From an uncultured Verrucomicrobiae bacterium (lineage in GTDB: Bacteria > Verrucomicrobiota > Verrucomicrobiia > Limisphaerales > Palsa-1400): 64,000 nt of DNA. Positions within the stretch are counted from its first letter, which is position 1; every line of letters starts with the position of its first letter. The position numbers and the translations under genes are program-made. The DNA is taken from positions 2,592,001 through 2,656,000 of the forward strand of contig OY969763.1 in assembly GCA_963702845.1 (NCBI GenBank), given 5' to 3'. The notes under the pieces were generated by a model. That model did not search any database, was not told the origin of the DNA, and saw nothing but the letters and a program-made list of their open reading frames with translations. Shown one piece after another: positions 32,236 to 43,745 of the stretch.

Positions 32236-34494
32236 TCATTGTCGAATCGATCCGTAGACTGCCATCGTGTTCGTGAAACCCGCTGAATAAAAAGTGCCGA
32301 ACGCGCCAGTTTTAATCCAGCTCACGTTGCCGGTCAGTTTGTAGTCGAGTGAGTTGGTGAATGTGATCCATCCAAGCGCGGATCCGGCGCCTTTATACAG
32401 CCGAATGTAAAAAGGCCACTGTCCTGCTTTGGAAAGAATGGCAGTCTGGGCGAGAGCAACATCGTCAGCCAGTTGCCCACTCAGAGCGATGGATCCCGTG
32501 GACTTCACTTTGACAATACCTCGCGTTCCGAAATCAGGAGCGCTGGTCCCGTTACCGACGCCGAGGAACGTCATCGCATAATTACCCGCCTGCGGACAAG
32601 GATTCGTCAAACTATAGAAGTTCTTATATCCCATTAACGACGCGTTCCATACTCCGTCCGATACCGAACCCGAGACACTTCCGCTTGAACCGTCAGACGA
32701 AAGTTGCAAATTCACCGCCAGAGTATTTGTCCCGGTGCGCAGGACCGAAACGCTGGCCGCAGCCGAATTTGTATTGAACGTGCCTGTTAAAGGATAGCTG
32801 CCACCTTCGATGAAAATCCTGCCGCCAATTTTCCATTTGGCATCAATCGTCAAACTGAAATAACCGGAGCTTTGATGCGTGACATGGTTCGATTCGTAGA
32901 AAAGTCCCGCGTAGGCGCCTTTGGCGAGCGCGTTCGGTAATAATGTGATGATGAGATTAGTCGCGGTACTGCCCTGATAATTGGAGTCGTTAACCGCTGC
33001 AACAACAGCGTAATTGCCGACAGCACTCGGAGCACTAGGTGAACCATTGTAAGTTACATCCACTGGCAAACCCACCGGAACCGTGACAACGGAAACGCTT
33101 TTAATTGTTCCATCAAAGTATTGCAGCAAATTACCCAAAGCTACCGGTGCCGTCGCCTTATTGATAACCAATGTCCCGGTAGCCTTGCCGTAATAATCCG
33201 AGTCAATGCCCGTTGCAACGACTGCGTAACTTCCCTGGTTCACAGGTCCATTGGCCGAACCGTCGTACGTCACCGTGACCGAAAATCCCGACGGAACAGT
33301 CGTCACCGGCACAGTCTTTGGTGAGCCGTCATATGTTTGGGCAAGCGAATTCAACGTAACCGTTGCGGTGAGCAGCACTTTGACCATGTTGGGTTGATTA
33401 TCGGTCGTCCCATTCGCGAGTTGGCCTCCATTATTACTGCCCGAATCCCAAACTGAACCGTCAGACTTCAGCGCGACTGTGTGAAAGAGTCCGGCGACCA
33501 ATCCCGTCCAGTTGGTTTCCGACCCAATCTGAAACGGGGCGTGCGCATCATTAGTTGTCCCATTACCCAATTGGCCGTAGGCGTTAAAACCCCAAGCCCA
33601 AATCGAGCCGTCCGTAGCCATCGCTACGCTATGCGTTTGTCCTGCTGAGATTATTTGCCAATTGGTCGCAGAACCGATTTGTGTCGGACTGTCTAACTCA
33701 TTTATTGTTCCATCACCCAATTGGCCGTCGAAATTGCCACCCCAGGCCCAGAGCGTACCATTTGTCTTCAGTCCCAGCGTGTGGAAAAAACCCGCGGCAG
33801 CGATGTTCCAGTCTGTATCTGCACCGATCTGCTCCGGACTATTCGTCTGCGTTGTGGTCCCATCTCCCAACATGCCAAAATTATTTTTGCCCCACGCCCA
33901 AAGCGTGCCGTTGGTCTTCACTGCCAGCGAGTGCGCCTGTCCCGCGGTAACAAACGCCCAATCCGTATCCGAGCCGATCTGAATCAGGCTATGCTCTTCC
34001 GCAGTCGTTGTGTCACCCAATTGCCCCGTACTATTCGCGCCCCATGCCCAAAGCGTTCCATTTGTTTTGATTGCTAAACTGTAAAACGCGCCTGCGGCCA
34101 CTAACTTCCAGTCCGTTGCCGACCCAATTTGAATCGGGCTAAGCGCATTAGCGGTCGTTCCGTCGCCCAACTGCCCGTTGCTGTTGTTACCCCAGGCCCA
34201 AAGAGTGCCATCGGTTTTCAAAGCGAGATTGTGAAATTCTCCCGCGGAGATCGACTGCCAATGATTATCCACCCCGATCTGCTCAGCGCTGACCCGCGAG
34301 GCGGTCGTCCCATCGCCTAATTCACCAAATGAGTTCGTGCCCCACGCCCACAACGTGCCGTTACTAGCGATTGCCAACGAATGATAGCCACTCGCCGATA
34401 TTTTCTGAAAAACGCCGGCTCCAAAACTTAAGAACGCGCCACAACCGAGTGCGAGACACACAAGCACGAATTTGGGGTTGATTGATTTCATCAT
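32236..34494 (-). CDS. Secreted RCC1/BLIP-II beta-propeller protein with MBG-like domains
   Basis: Seven GTLWAWGxNxxGQLGDGT repeats, then two YDG...VTY.G...G.YAVVA (MBG-like) repeats. Confidence 0.85.
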   Translation of the reverse strand: MMKSINPKFVLVCLALGCGAFLSFGAGVFQKISASGYHSLAIASNGTLWAWGTNSFGELGDGTTASRVSAEQIGVDNHWQSISAGEFHNLALKTDGTLWAWGNNSNGQLGDGTTANALSPIQIGSATDWKLVAAGAFYSLAIKTNGTLWAWGANSTGQLGDTTTAEEHSLIQIGSDTDWAFVTAGQAHSLAVKTNGTLWAWGKNNFGMLGDGTTTQTNSPEQIGADTDWNIAAAGFFHTLGLKTNGTLWAWGGNFDGQLGDGTINELDSPTQIGSATNWQIISAGQTHSVAMATDGSIWAWGFNAYGQLGNGTTNDAHAPFQIGSETNWTGLVAGLFHTVALKSDGSVWDSGSNNGGQLANGTTDNQPNMVKVLLTATVTLNSLAQTYDGSPKTVPVTTVPSGFSVTVTYDGSANGPVNQGSYAVVATGIDSDYYGKATGTLVINKATAPVALGNLLQYFDGTIKSVSVVTVPVGLPVDVTYNGSPSAPSAVGNYAVVAAVNDSNYQGSTATNLIITLLPNALAKGAYAGLFYESNHVTHQSSGYFSLTIDAKWKIGGRIFIEGGSYPLTGTFNTNSAAASVSVLRTGTNTLAVNLQLSSDGSSGSVSGSVSDGVWNASLMGYKNFYSLTNPCPQAGNYAMTFLGVGNGTSAPDFGTRGIVKVKSTGSIALSGQLADDVALAQTAILSKAGQWPFYIRLYKGAGSALGWITFTNSLDYKLTGNVSWIKTGAFGTFYSAGFTNTMAVYGSIRQ

Positions 34495-34776
34495 GATATT
34501 GCTTGGGGCGATTGGCCTGAAATGCACTGTGAGAGCGCGGGCGCAGGCGATGCTTTTATACGTAAAAGGTCTGACTCTGGTGTTATCTCCCTGTCAAATC
34601 AATTCATTTGTTTCAAAGAAGATGTGCCATCAGTCGCCGAAATTTGGAGGTATTCAAGCGAAAATCGAAGAATTGCTCCTCACCAATCGGGAGAACCTAT
34701 AGCAACACACGGTTAATCACGAATCGAGACTCAATGATTGAACAATGTTGTGATTGTTAGAGGAGGAGATAAAAAA

Positions 34777-34851
34777 TGGCTCCAGAGGTAGGACTCGAAC
34801 CTACAACTTCGCGGTTAACAGCCGCGCGCTCTACCATTGAGCTACTCTGGA
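34777..34851 (-). tRNA. tRNA-Asn (GTT)
   Basis: TCCAGAGTAGCTCAATGGTAGAGCGCGCGGCTGTTAACCGCGAAGTTGTAGGTTCGAGTCCTACCTCTGGAGCCA; cloverleaf with encoded CCA. Confidence 0.97.
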
Positions 34852-34892
34852 TTCCCTTCCTCCAGCAACCTTCCGGTCACCAAAGGGCGGAT

Positions 34893-34921
34893 AATCTACA
34901 AATCGACCCACACACCGTCAA
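34893..34921 (-). promoter_or_regulatory. sigma70 promoter of tRNA-Asn
   Basis: TTGACG-17 bp-TAGATT. Confidence 0.6.
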
Positions 34922-35173
34922 CATTTGCGTGAGGAATTATTTTCATCTCTCACTTGACGCTCTCGTAACGCACGTCCTAGCCAGTATTTCGTACCAGCTC
35001 GTGTCCGCCTCTGTCCTACATAACAATGAGACGTTTCATCACAAAATTGCTTTAGAACTACCGTTTCAATGCTGCTAATATGCCAGTTGATCCGAAGCGT
35101 TCCCCAAACAACATAGGGGACGCAACGGACCAGCGTATATGGATGCAGCCTCAAAACCAACAGTGTTGCCATT

Positions 35174-37633
35174 ATGAGCGGAGATGCCGTGCAATCTCTT
35201 GCGCATGACGACCTGCGTCTGCAGGCGCAGCTGCTTGCCGAGAGCGAGGAACGCTTTCGGCAGCTGGCTGAAAATGTCAGCACCGTCTTTTGGATTTGCG
35301 AGTGGCCCTCGCGCAAAATCATTTACGTCAATCCATATTACGAAAAGGTGTTTGGTAAAAAGTGCCAAAACCTGCTCGATAACCGTGAAAGTTGGGACGA
35401 CTCGATTCATCCTGAAGACGTCGAACGATTCATGGCCTCACAGCCGAGACTGGCCAGCGATACGTTCGATGAGACATATCGTATCGTGCGACCCGACGGC
35501 AAAGTCCGTTGGCTTCGCGACCGCGCGAACCCCGTTCGTGATGAAAACGGCAAAATCTACCGCATTGTCGGAACTGCGCTGGATGTAACTGAAAAAAAGC
35601 GCAGCGCACAACGCTGGACCGCCCTTTCGCGCCTCGGCCGCGCCCTTAATTCAGCAACTTCAGCCAAAGAAGCCGCCCAATCCATCGTCGACGCCGCGGA
35701 TGAGTTATTCGGTTGGGACGCGGCAACCCTCGATTTGTATGATGAGGAGACTGACATCACTGCATCCATCCTCGCCGTCGACACGATCGATGGCCAACGG
35801 ACCTCATGTCGCCCGAGTGTTCACTGGTCTCAGCCTTCTAAACTTGCCCGGGCTGTGCTCGCTCACGGCGCGCGATTAATCCTCCGCAAACCCGAGGACT
35901 TTCCAGACGCGCAAACGCATATGTTCGGTGATGCCTCAAAACCGTCCCGGTCATTGATGCTCGTCCCCATTCGCCAGGGAGCTCACACGATCGGCATTTT
36001 ATCCGTCCAGAGCTATCGCCTGAACGCCTATGGCAAATCAGATCTGGAATTGTTCCAGATGTTTGCCGATTACGCTGCCGGCGCGTTGAACCGCATTGCT
36101 GCTGAAGAAGAACGCAGCAGGGTCGAACAGCGCCTCAAAGAACAAGCCGCTTTGCTCGACATTGCGCAGGACGCGATTTTAGTAAAGGACCTCGAGGACC
36201 GCATTATTTACTGGAACAAAGGCGCCGAACGCACCTACGGATGGACTGCACTCGAGGCAGTCGGACGCAAAGCCGCCACGATCCACAAAGACCACGCCAA
36301 GTTTTGTGAATCGATGGACGCCGTTCTCAAACACGGCGAGTGGACCGGCGAAATGATGCAACACACCAAGGATGGCCGCGACCTCGTCGTCCAGGTGCGT
36401 ATGACCCTTGTCCGCGACCACAACGAGAACCCAAAAGCGATTCTCGCCATCAACACCGACGTCACCGACAAGAAAAGGCTTGAAGAACAAATTCTGCGCG
36501 GCCAACGCCTTGAGAGCATCGGAACCCTCGCTGGCGGCATCGCCCACGACCTCAACAACGTCCTCGCGCCCATTCTGATGTCTGTGCAGATGCTGCGACA
36601 AATCGTCAACACTTCTGAAGGCCAGGCGATGCTCGACACGCTGCAGACCAGCAGCCAGCGCGGCGCTGATCTTATCAAACAAGTGCTTTCATTTGCACGC
36701 GGGGTCGAAGGAAAACGCGGCCCCATCAACGTCAGTCACCTCACGCGAGATCTTGAGAAAGTTGTCCACGACACCTTCCCCAAAAATATCCAGTTGCAAA
36801 TCGAGGCGCCAAAAGAACTCTGGACGATTGAAGGCGACCCCACGCATATCCATCAAGTCTTGATGAATTTATGCGTGAACGCGCGCGACGCCATGCCGGA
36901 TGGCGGCAAACTGACTCTCAGCATCAAAAATATAAAAATCGACGAGGCCTATGCCCGCATGAATCCGGACGGCAAAGCCGGATCACACGTCGTCGTGACC
37001 GTTGAGGACACAGGCGCGGGAATCCCTGCATCGATTCGCAACAAAATCTTCGATCCATTCTTCACGACTAAAGAATCGGTAAAGGCACCGGTCTCGGCCT
37101 TGCCACCGTGCTCACGATCGTCAAAAGTCACCACGGATTCATCAACGTCTACAGCGAACCCGGCAAGGGAGCACAGTTCAAAATCTATTTCCCGGCCAGC
37201 CCGCATCAAGCTGTTACCGAGCAAGTCGTCACCGCAGAAGACCAACTTCCGCGCGGCAACGGCGAATTAATCATGATCGTCGACGACGAAGACGCCATCC
37301 GCAGCATCACGGAACAGACGTTGCAATGCTTCGGCTATCGCACAGTCACTGCTTCAAACGGCGCTGAGGCAGTCGCGCTCTATGCCCAACGGCCAACCGA
37401 AATCGCTGTCGTGCTCACCGATATGATGATGCCGGTGATGGATGGGGCCGCTGCCATTGTCGCCCTTCGATCAATTAATCCGACCGTAAAAGTCATCGGC
37501 TCCAGCGGACTTGGATCGAACGACGGCCCCGCCAAGCTCGATCAGCGGTGGCGTCCACGAATTCATCGCCAAACCCTACACCGCCGAACAATTGTTGAAA
37601 GCTCTCGACAAAGTGCTCCATCAAATGTCCTAG
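35174..37633 (+). CDS. PAS-GAF-PAS hybrid sensor histidine kinase/receiver, frameshifts near 37075 and 37545
   Basis: PAS/PAC motifs, GIAHDLNN H-box, NARDAM, DTGAG, FFTTK; receiver (VDDED, TDMMMP) in ORF 37108..37650; true end IAKPYT...* at 37633. Confidence 0.88.
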
Positions 37634-37712
37634 CCGCCGCCGTTCGTTGAGGACCGTTTGCCCGTTTGCCATCGGGGTATTCCCCTGCTATCGTTACACG
37701 CTTTTACGGACC

Positions 37713-38519
37713 ATGAGCACATCTTCTAAAAACAATCCCAAGGTTGAGGTCATGCACGACAAACAGAGCGAGCGCGACCATCGCAAACTGCGCATCGACA
37801 AAGTCGGCGTTCGTGGCCTGCGTTTCCCGATTCAAATCCGCGACAAAGAAAAAGTCGTGCAAAACACAGTCGCGACCATCGGCATGTTTGTCGACCTGCC
37901 CCACGAGTTCAAAGGCACCCACATGAGCCGCTTCATCGAGGTGCTCAACTCCCACGGCAGCATGGTCCACGTCGAAAACATCAACGACATTCTCCACGCC
38001 ATGCAGGCGAAGCTCAACGCCGCTACTGCGCATCTGGAAATGGAATTCCCATTTTTCCTCACCAAAAAAGCGCCCGTCTCGGGAATGGAAAGCGTGATGG
38101 ATTACACCGCGCGCTTCGATGCCACCGCCTGCGCCAAAGACATCGATTTCGTGCTCACCGTCAAAGTCGGTGTCACCACGCTCTGCCCCTGCTCCAAGGC
38201 AATTTCCAAATACGGAGCGCACAATCAACGCGGCCTTTGCACCGTCCAGATTCGTTCTCGGAAAGCGATTTGGATTGAGGACCTGATCGCTCTCGTCGAA
38301 GCAAGCGCCAGTTGTGAACTGTATTCCTTGCTCAAACGTCGTGACGAAAAAGCCGTCACCGAACGCGCTTACGAAAATCCCGTTTTCGTCGAAGACCTCG
38401 TCCGTAGCGTCGCCGAAAAACTCAACGCCCATCGCGATGTCACGTGGTATAAAATCGAAGCCGAGAACTACGAAAGCATCCACAGCCACAACGCCTACGC
38501 CTCCATCGAAAAAGGTTAA
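37713..38519 (+). CDS. folE2: GTP cyclohydrolase IB
   Basis: KGTHMSRF, TLCPCSK, GAHNQR, LLKRRDEK, NPVFVED, ESIHSHNA. Confidence 0.95.
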   Translation: MSTSSKNNPKVEVMHDKQSERDHRKLRIDKVGVRGLRFPIQIRDKEKVVQNTVATIGMFVDLPHEFKGTHMSRFIEVLNSHGSMVHVENINDILHAMQAKLNAATAHLEMEFPFFLTKKAPVSGMESVMDYTARFDATACAKDIDFVLTVKVGVTTLCPCSKAISKYGAHNQRGLCTVQIRSRKAIWIEDLIALVEASASCELYSLLKRRDEKAVTERAYENPVFVEDLVRSVAEKLNAHRDVTWYKIEAENYESIHSHNAYASIEKG

Positions 38520-38746
38520 CCTCGTAGACGCCGAGGTGAGGAGGCGGATCTTCATTCCACTCGGCGCGCGGACAATCACGTTTGCGTCTTCATAGCGTTG
38601 CGTTAGATCCGCTCTGGTCAATCTCAGCAATTCGCCCACAACCGAATCGTTCCCTCTCCTAGTTGCCCCTAAACCATCCTGAGCGATGGAAAGGTATGGA
38701 CTAATTCCATCCGGTCGTTCCGACCGGCAAATCACAAGGAGAAATC

Positions 38747-39274
38747 ATGAAGAAGATTGTTACTACCATTGGGTGTTTCACACTCGCGACTTCCCTCGCC
38801 TTGGCGCAGGCCGGCGGTGGTGGTGCAGGCGGGGCTGCTGGTGCAGGCGGCGCCGGCGCTGGCGGAGCGGGAGCCGGAACAGGTGGAGCGGGCGGAGCCG
38901 GTGTCTCTGGCACTGGAACAGCTGGCACGGGAGCGGGCGTTGGGACCACAGGTTCAGGCACAAGCACGGGCGCTGGTGTCTCAGGCACCACCGGCAACAA
39001 CAGTGTTAACCCCAACGGAACCGGCGTCGGCGGAGTCGGCAGCAGCTCAACCGGACTAGGCACCGGAAACACTACAGGAACTGGCCTTAACACTGGAACC
39101 AGCGCAGGCACAGGTCTGAATAATGGCACCGGAACCGGCACGATCATCGGTGGTTCCGCGGGCGCAGCCGGTGCAAGCATTTACACGAATAACAACAACT
39201 TGAACGCCAACCCAGGCCTTCAACAAAACGGCACCGCCCCGAGTCCACTGAACACGACTCCGCGTAATCCTTAA
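38747..39274 (+). CDS. Secreted Gly/Thr/Ala-rich low-complexity protein
   Basis: AAGGAG RBS, signal peptide MKKIVTTIGCFTLATSLALA, GAG/GTG repeats. Confidence 0.7.
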   Translation: MKKIVTTIGCFTLATSLALAQAGGGGAGGAAGAGGAGAGGAGAGTGGAGGAGVSGTGTAGTGAGVGTTGSGTSTGAGVSGTTGNNSVNPNGTGVGGVGSSSTGLGTGNTTGTGLNTGTSAGTGLNNGTGTGTIIGGSAGAAGASIYTNNNNLNANPGLQQNGTAPSPLNTTPRNP

Positions 39275-39298
39275 CAACAGGCACGCTGCGTTGCGGCA

Positions 39299-41135
39299 TT
39301 ACCACCGATCCAGCGGCAGCACCTCTGTCCGCTGGGTCGAGTCTGGACTCAGGAGAATTGCCAGACGCACACGCGCCACTTCAGGCAAATGAACGGCGAG
39401 TTTCGTTACGCCGCCGTTCTTTGCCTGAACCGGCGGCTGCGGTGACGTCGGCAAAGGTTCCGGCTTCATCACTTCAAACTTCGCATTCGCTGGACTCAAA
39501 ATCCGCGCGAACAATTTTTTACCATTCAGTTCCAACACCGCTTCCGCGCCCTTCGTATTAATCGCAGCCACCGTGTGCAGGAACCACCAGACGTTACCTG
39601 ATTGTTTCCGATCAATCTCATCTTCCACCAACACATCGCGTCGATTCAACAGCGCAACCCCGCGCAGCACCTTGCTCGCATTCGTGTAGGACGCGGTAAT
39701 ATCCGCAATTGCAAAAACCCGCTCCGGTTTCGATTCGAAACGAACAATTCGAGTGTCCGCTTTTGGATTTTGATCCGGACCTTCCGCCGGATCGATCAGC
39801 AAGGTGTTATGACCTTCCGCGCGCAGTCGATAATATGTCAGTCGTTTGCCGCCGAAATATCCCGGCAAATTGTAATCATCACTGCCCAGATCCAACGCCC
39901 ATCGCTCGCCGAGCGCATCGAGCACGAACGAACCGATATCCAGATGTGCATGATTCGCGCGGTTACTGCCCGCTTTGAAACTCACGCACACCGCATTCGC
40001 GTCTTTCCAATCACCTCGAAACGTAGCGACTTCCGCCGCACGAAAATATTTATCCAACGGCAGGTTGGGACCGTCGCGCTGCGCGGTCCGTTCTACGCCT
40101 CGAATACCAAATCATGTCCTGAGGGCTACCACCCGCGTATTGCTGGCCGAAAACCGCGTATTCAGGTCGATTAAATTTCTTCGCCAGCCAAAACAACTGA
40201 GGCATATCGCCGTCGCGCCCATCGTGACAATCAGCAAAATCGAAGATATGCCCGTTGGGCGCAGTCATATAAATCGGAAACAAACCACAGTTCGAAAAAC
40301 CGGGGATTTGCGACAAACCAAAATCAGTCCCGAGCGCGCTCTCAAGCCCCGCGAGAAACGTCACATTATAAATCGTCGCATAATTCCAATAACCCGGCCC
40401 TTCATTCCACGCTCCATCCGGCGCGAACTTCACCATCGCCAACTGAATCGATTCCAGCGCATCGTGCAAAAGTTCGCCGCATACCACCGGTTCCTCATCC
40501 GCAATCGCCAACGCGCCCATGCCGGTGCCACCGTTGCACACCTGGTTCCAATTGTGCGTCATGCGCGTCCACGTGCCGTGATTGCGATGAAGAGCTAAGG
40601 CCATGTTCAATCCTTTTTCCACAATCGCGCGTTTTAAAAACGTCCGCTGTTCGGGCGTCCAATAGTCGTAAAACCAGTCATACCCAATTCCAAACGCATG
40701 CGTCATCTCCGCCGTGTCGAGGAAATGTCGCGGATTCCAATCCTTGAACTCCCCTGCTGCCTTCAACTCCGCCCACGCGCGCTCCGCGAATTTCTTGTCA
40801 CCCGTCATCCGATACATCATTCCCAAGTCGTAGATCCGATTCATCACCCGCCGGCTCGTCGCCAGCAACCGCAACCCATCCGGAATTTCATACTTCGAAG
40901 GCGCTTCGTTCAAAATTGCATTCGCACGATGCTGCACATTTCCATACCACCCCTTCAGCGTCTCATTCGTCTGCACCGCTTGTTTCAACCGCTCGAAATC
41001 CGCCGCGTTCGCCAACAATCGCGGATGCTCGTGCCGCAACGTTTTTAAAACCGACGAACTCTCCGGCACCGGAACCGGTTCTGCCGCGAGGCATCGCACG
41101 GAAATAAAGAGCGCCAACAACAATCGTAATCTCAT
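39299..41135 (-). CDS. Heparinase II/III-like (DUF4962) polysaccharide lyase family protein, frameshift near 40085
   Basis: HPRLL, FLDTAEM, HNWNQVC, EGPGYW, FADC; C-part HAHLDIGSF, HNTL. Confidence 0.85.
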
Positions 41136-41219
41136 CGCCTCAACCAGACGCCACTCGCACAACAAGAGTTTCACGACGCCAATCATTGCGGCGCCTGCCG
41201 GCCCACGCGATGACAAAAA

Positions 41220-42104
41220 TCAAACAAGCAACCGACGCAAATCTTCCGGCAACACCGGCGTTGCGCCAGCATCACCGCAAACGAAACCAGCAATCTGATT
41301 TGCCATCGCATTGATGCGATCCAAATCCAGCCCCCGTAATAGCCCAAGACAAAGCGCCGCCGTAAACGCATCCCCTGCCCCAATCGTATCTTTCACTGCG
41401 ACTGTTACCGCACCGTGATCCGACCAGCGTCCCTCCTGAAATAACAAGCTCCCTCCACCACCACGCGTTAATGCCACAACGCGCAAATCAAATCGCTGCG
41501 CGAAAAACTCAATCTGAGATTTAACATTTCCAGCAGCACCAAACAGTTTCGAAACGATCGGCAACTCCGCATCGTTCAGCTTGAGAACATTCGCCAACTT
41601 CAACGAAGTCTCGATTACTTCGCGGCTGAAATAATGCTGCCGCAAATTGATATCGAAAATCCGCCAGGCCTCCGCGCGCGCCGCCGACACTAAAGTTTGA
41701 ATACTTTCACGTGAAACGCGCTCCCGCTGAGCGAGACTCCCAAAACAAACCGCATCAGCCGCCCGCAGCAAATCCAACGCTTCCGTCGTCACCGCGATGT
41801 GATCCCATGCGACACCTTCATGGATGACATATTCCGGCGCGCCATCAGTCGACACTTCGACACTGACCGTCCCCGTCGGATGCGCAAAATCCGTTTGCAC
41901 GAATTTGTCTGCCAGACCCATTTGAACGAGACGTCGCCGGATTTCATTGCCCCGCTGATCATCGCCAACGCGAGAAATAATCTGCGACCGAGCCTCCAGT
42001 GCGTGGGCATGCCAGGCAAAATTGGCAGGCGCACCACCAAGTTGAGCTCCCGAAGGCAACAAATCCCACAGCACCTCTCCAATGCCAACAACGCTTAAAG
42101 TCAT
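41220..42104 (-). CDS. PfkB family carbohydrate kinase (fructokinase-like)
   Basis: GEVLWD, GGAPANFA, DTIGAGDAF. Confidence 0.92.
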   Translation of the reverse strand: MTLSVVGIGEVLWDLLPSGAQLGGAPANFAWHAHALEARSQIISRVGDDQRGNEIRRRLVQMGLADKFVQTDFAHPTGTVSVEVSTDGAPEYVIHEGVAWDHIAVTTEALDLLRAADAVCFGSLAQRERVSRESIQTLVSAARAEAWRIFDINLRQHYFSREVIETSLKLANVLKLNDAELPIVSKLFGAAGNVKSQIEFFAQRFDLRVVALTRGGGGSLLFQEGRWSDHGAVTVAVKDTIGAGDAFTAALCLGLLRGLDLDRINAMANQIAGFVCGDAGATPVLPEDLRRLLV

Positions 42105-42238
42105 AAAGATTCTGTGCAAGTTTAGAGTCGATTGCCAAGACACCAAGGCGCAAACCAAAAACGAATCGGAACATAATCTCGAACCGATCGTTTAGTCTTT
42201 TCTGACGAATTCTAATCAGGTCTACTTCGCCCTGAGGC

Positions 42239-43735
42239 ATGACACCACGCACTAAAGGCAGGTCGACCATTATTGTGGCAATTATTGTCGTCGCGATCCT
42301 GCTGTCATTTGCGGTCGTTCCAAAACTTTTTCCTCCATCCCCATTCAAATTACCCGCCGGACCGCGCGCGCCGGCAGTCGCCATCGGGAATTCCCATGGC
42401 GTTATTCTCGCGCCAGATGGCACGCTTTGGACCTGGGGCGATTGCACACTACACGGATGGAATGTTTTAGGGTTAGGCCCGAACGTCGTAAAACAACCCA
42501 CCCTCCGCCAAATCGGCACCGACACTAACTGGGTCAATGTCGCCGTCGGTGGCTCGACCACACTCGCCCTCAAATCCGACGGATCCATGTGGGGTTGGGG
42601 CGAGAACGTTTCCGGCCAGGTTGGAGATGGAACCAGTGCGCGCGAGCGCCTCACACCAGTGCGCTCTCTGCCGGGCAACGATTGGAAACAGGTCGCCTGC
42701 GCCGGCCCGCACTCCTTAGCGCTCAAACGCGACGGCTCGCTCTGGTCCTGGGGCAACAATTGGGCAGGACAACTAGGCGATGGAACCACCAGTTCCAGCC
42801 GCACTCCGGTGCAAGTCGGCGCTTCGACAAACTGGACCCGCATTTGGGCCGACCTCATCGAAAACGTCGCGCAACAAAACGATGGCAGCCTCTGGTTCTG
42901 GGGTTGGGACTACAGCCAGTCCAGCAAAGGCTCAAGCATCTCTGTTCCCACCCGTGTCTCGCCTGACACAAATTGGGTCGACGTTGGCATGGGCGATTGG
43001 ATGGTTTTTGCGATCAAATCCGACGGCACATTATGGGCGTGGGGCCGACAGTCCAACCGTTTTAGCACCGCGCAAACCCCGGCCCTCAATTCATCGCCTG
43101 TCCAGGTTGGCCGCGACACCGACTGGCGCGCCTGCGCCCACTTTCAATCCTCAACTCCGCTCTTGATGAAGCGCGACGGCTCCCTTTGGTGCCTCGACGG
43201 CGGCGATCATCGCGGCGTCGCCGTCGTCACAAAACTCGTCCAGAACCTCGTCACCAACAATCAACTGACCTGCATCGCCAACAGCGACACGTTGGGTGGC
43301 GATTCGGAATTCGGCGAAGTCAAACATTTGCAAATCACATACCAACTCAACGGCACCAATGCCGTTGCGGATTTCCGCGAGGACTCAACCGTAAACCTCG
43401 GCCACGCTGACTCGACGCTCACCATCACCCGCGCACTTTACGGCGACCCGAAAAAGTTTGCCGACCTCGACCATCTGTCGCCACAAGAACTTCTCTACCA
43501 ACCCAGCCGACTGCGCCGAGTCAATCTCAACAAAAACATCGTCGCCTTTTGCGGTGGCCGCCACGGCCTCGGCGTCGCGTTAACAACCGATGGCGAAGTG
43601 TGGCACTGGGGCGAAGCTTTGGGTCTGTCCCGTGAACCACTGGCCTCGCTGGGACGTACCCTGAGATCGTTCGGCATCAAACCACCTTGGACCGAACCTC
43701 CTGTAGTCCTTAAGGTCCCCACGCCGTTAGAATGA
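42239..43735 (+). CDS. Membrane-anchored RCC1/BLIP-II repeat protein with inserted small beta domain
   Basis: N-terminal TM, DGSLWxWG repeats, insert GGDSEFGEVKHLQITY...ITRALYG. Confidence 0.8.
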   Translation: MTPRTKGRSTIIVAIIVVAILLSFAVVPKLFPPSPFKLPAGPRAPAVAIGNSHGVILAPDGTLWTWGDCTLHGWNVLGLGPNVVKQPTLRQIGTDTNWVNVAVGGSTTLALKSDGSMWGWGENVSGQVGDGTSARERLTPVRSLPGNDWKQVACAGPHSLALKRDGSLWSWGNNWAGQLGDGTTSSSRTPVQVGASTNWTRIWADLIENVAQQNDGSLWFWGWDYSQSSKGSSISVPTRVSPDTNWVDVGMGDWMVFAIKSDGTLWAWGRQSNRFSTAQTPALNSSPVQVGRDTDWRACAHFQSSTPLLMKRDGSLWCLDGGDHRGVAVVTKLVQNLVTNNQLTCIANSDTLGGDSEFGEVKHLQITYQLNGTNAVADFREDSTVNLGHADSTLTITRALYGDPKKFADLDHLSPQELLYQPSRLRRVNLNKNIVAFCGGRHGLGVALTTDGEVWHWGEALGLSREPLASLGRTLRSFGIKPPWTEPPVVLKVPTPLE

Positions 43736-43745
43736 GGCGGTGGCT

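Noticed and set aside
34527..34851. Genomic island integrated at tRNA-Asn
   Set aside because: No duplicated tRNA 3' end and no integrase found in the window
34776..35078. 100-aa ORF MAPEVGLEPTT...
   Set aside because: Antisense translation of the tRNA
37060..37110. Programmed frameshift in the histidine kinase
   Set aside because: No slippery heptamer or stimulatory structure recognised; similar breaks occur in many unrelated genes
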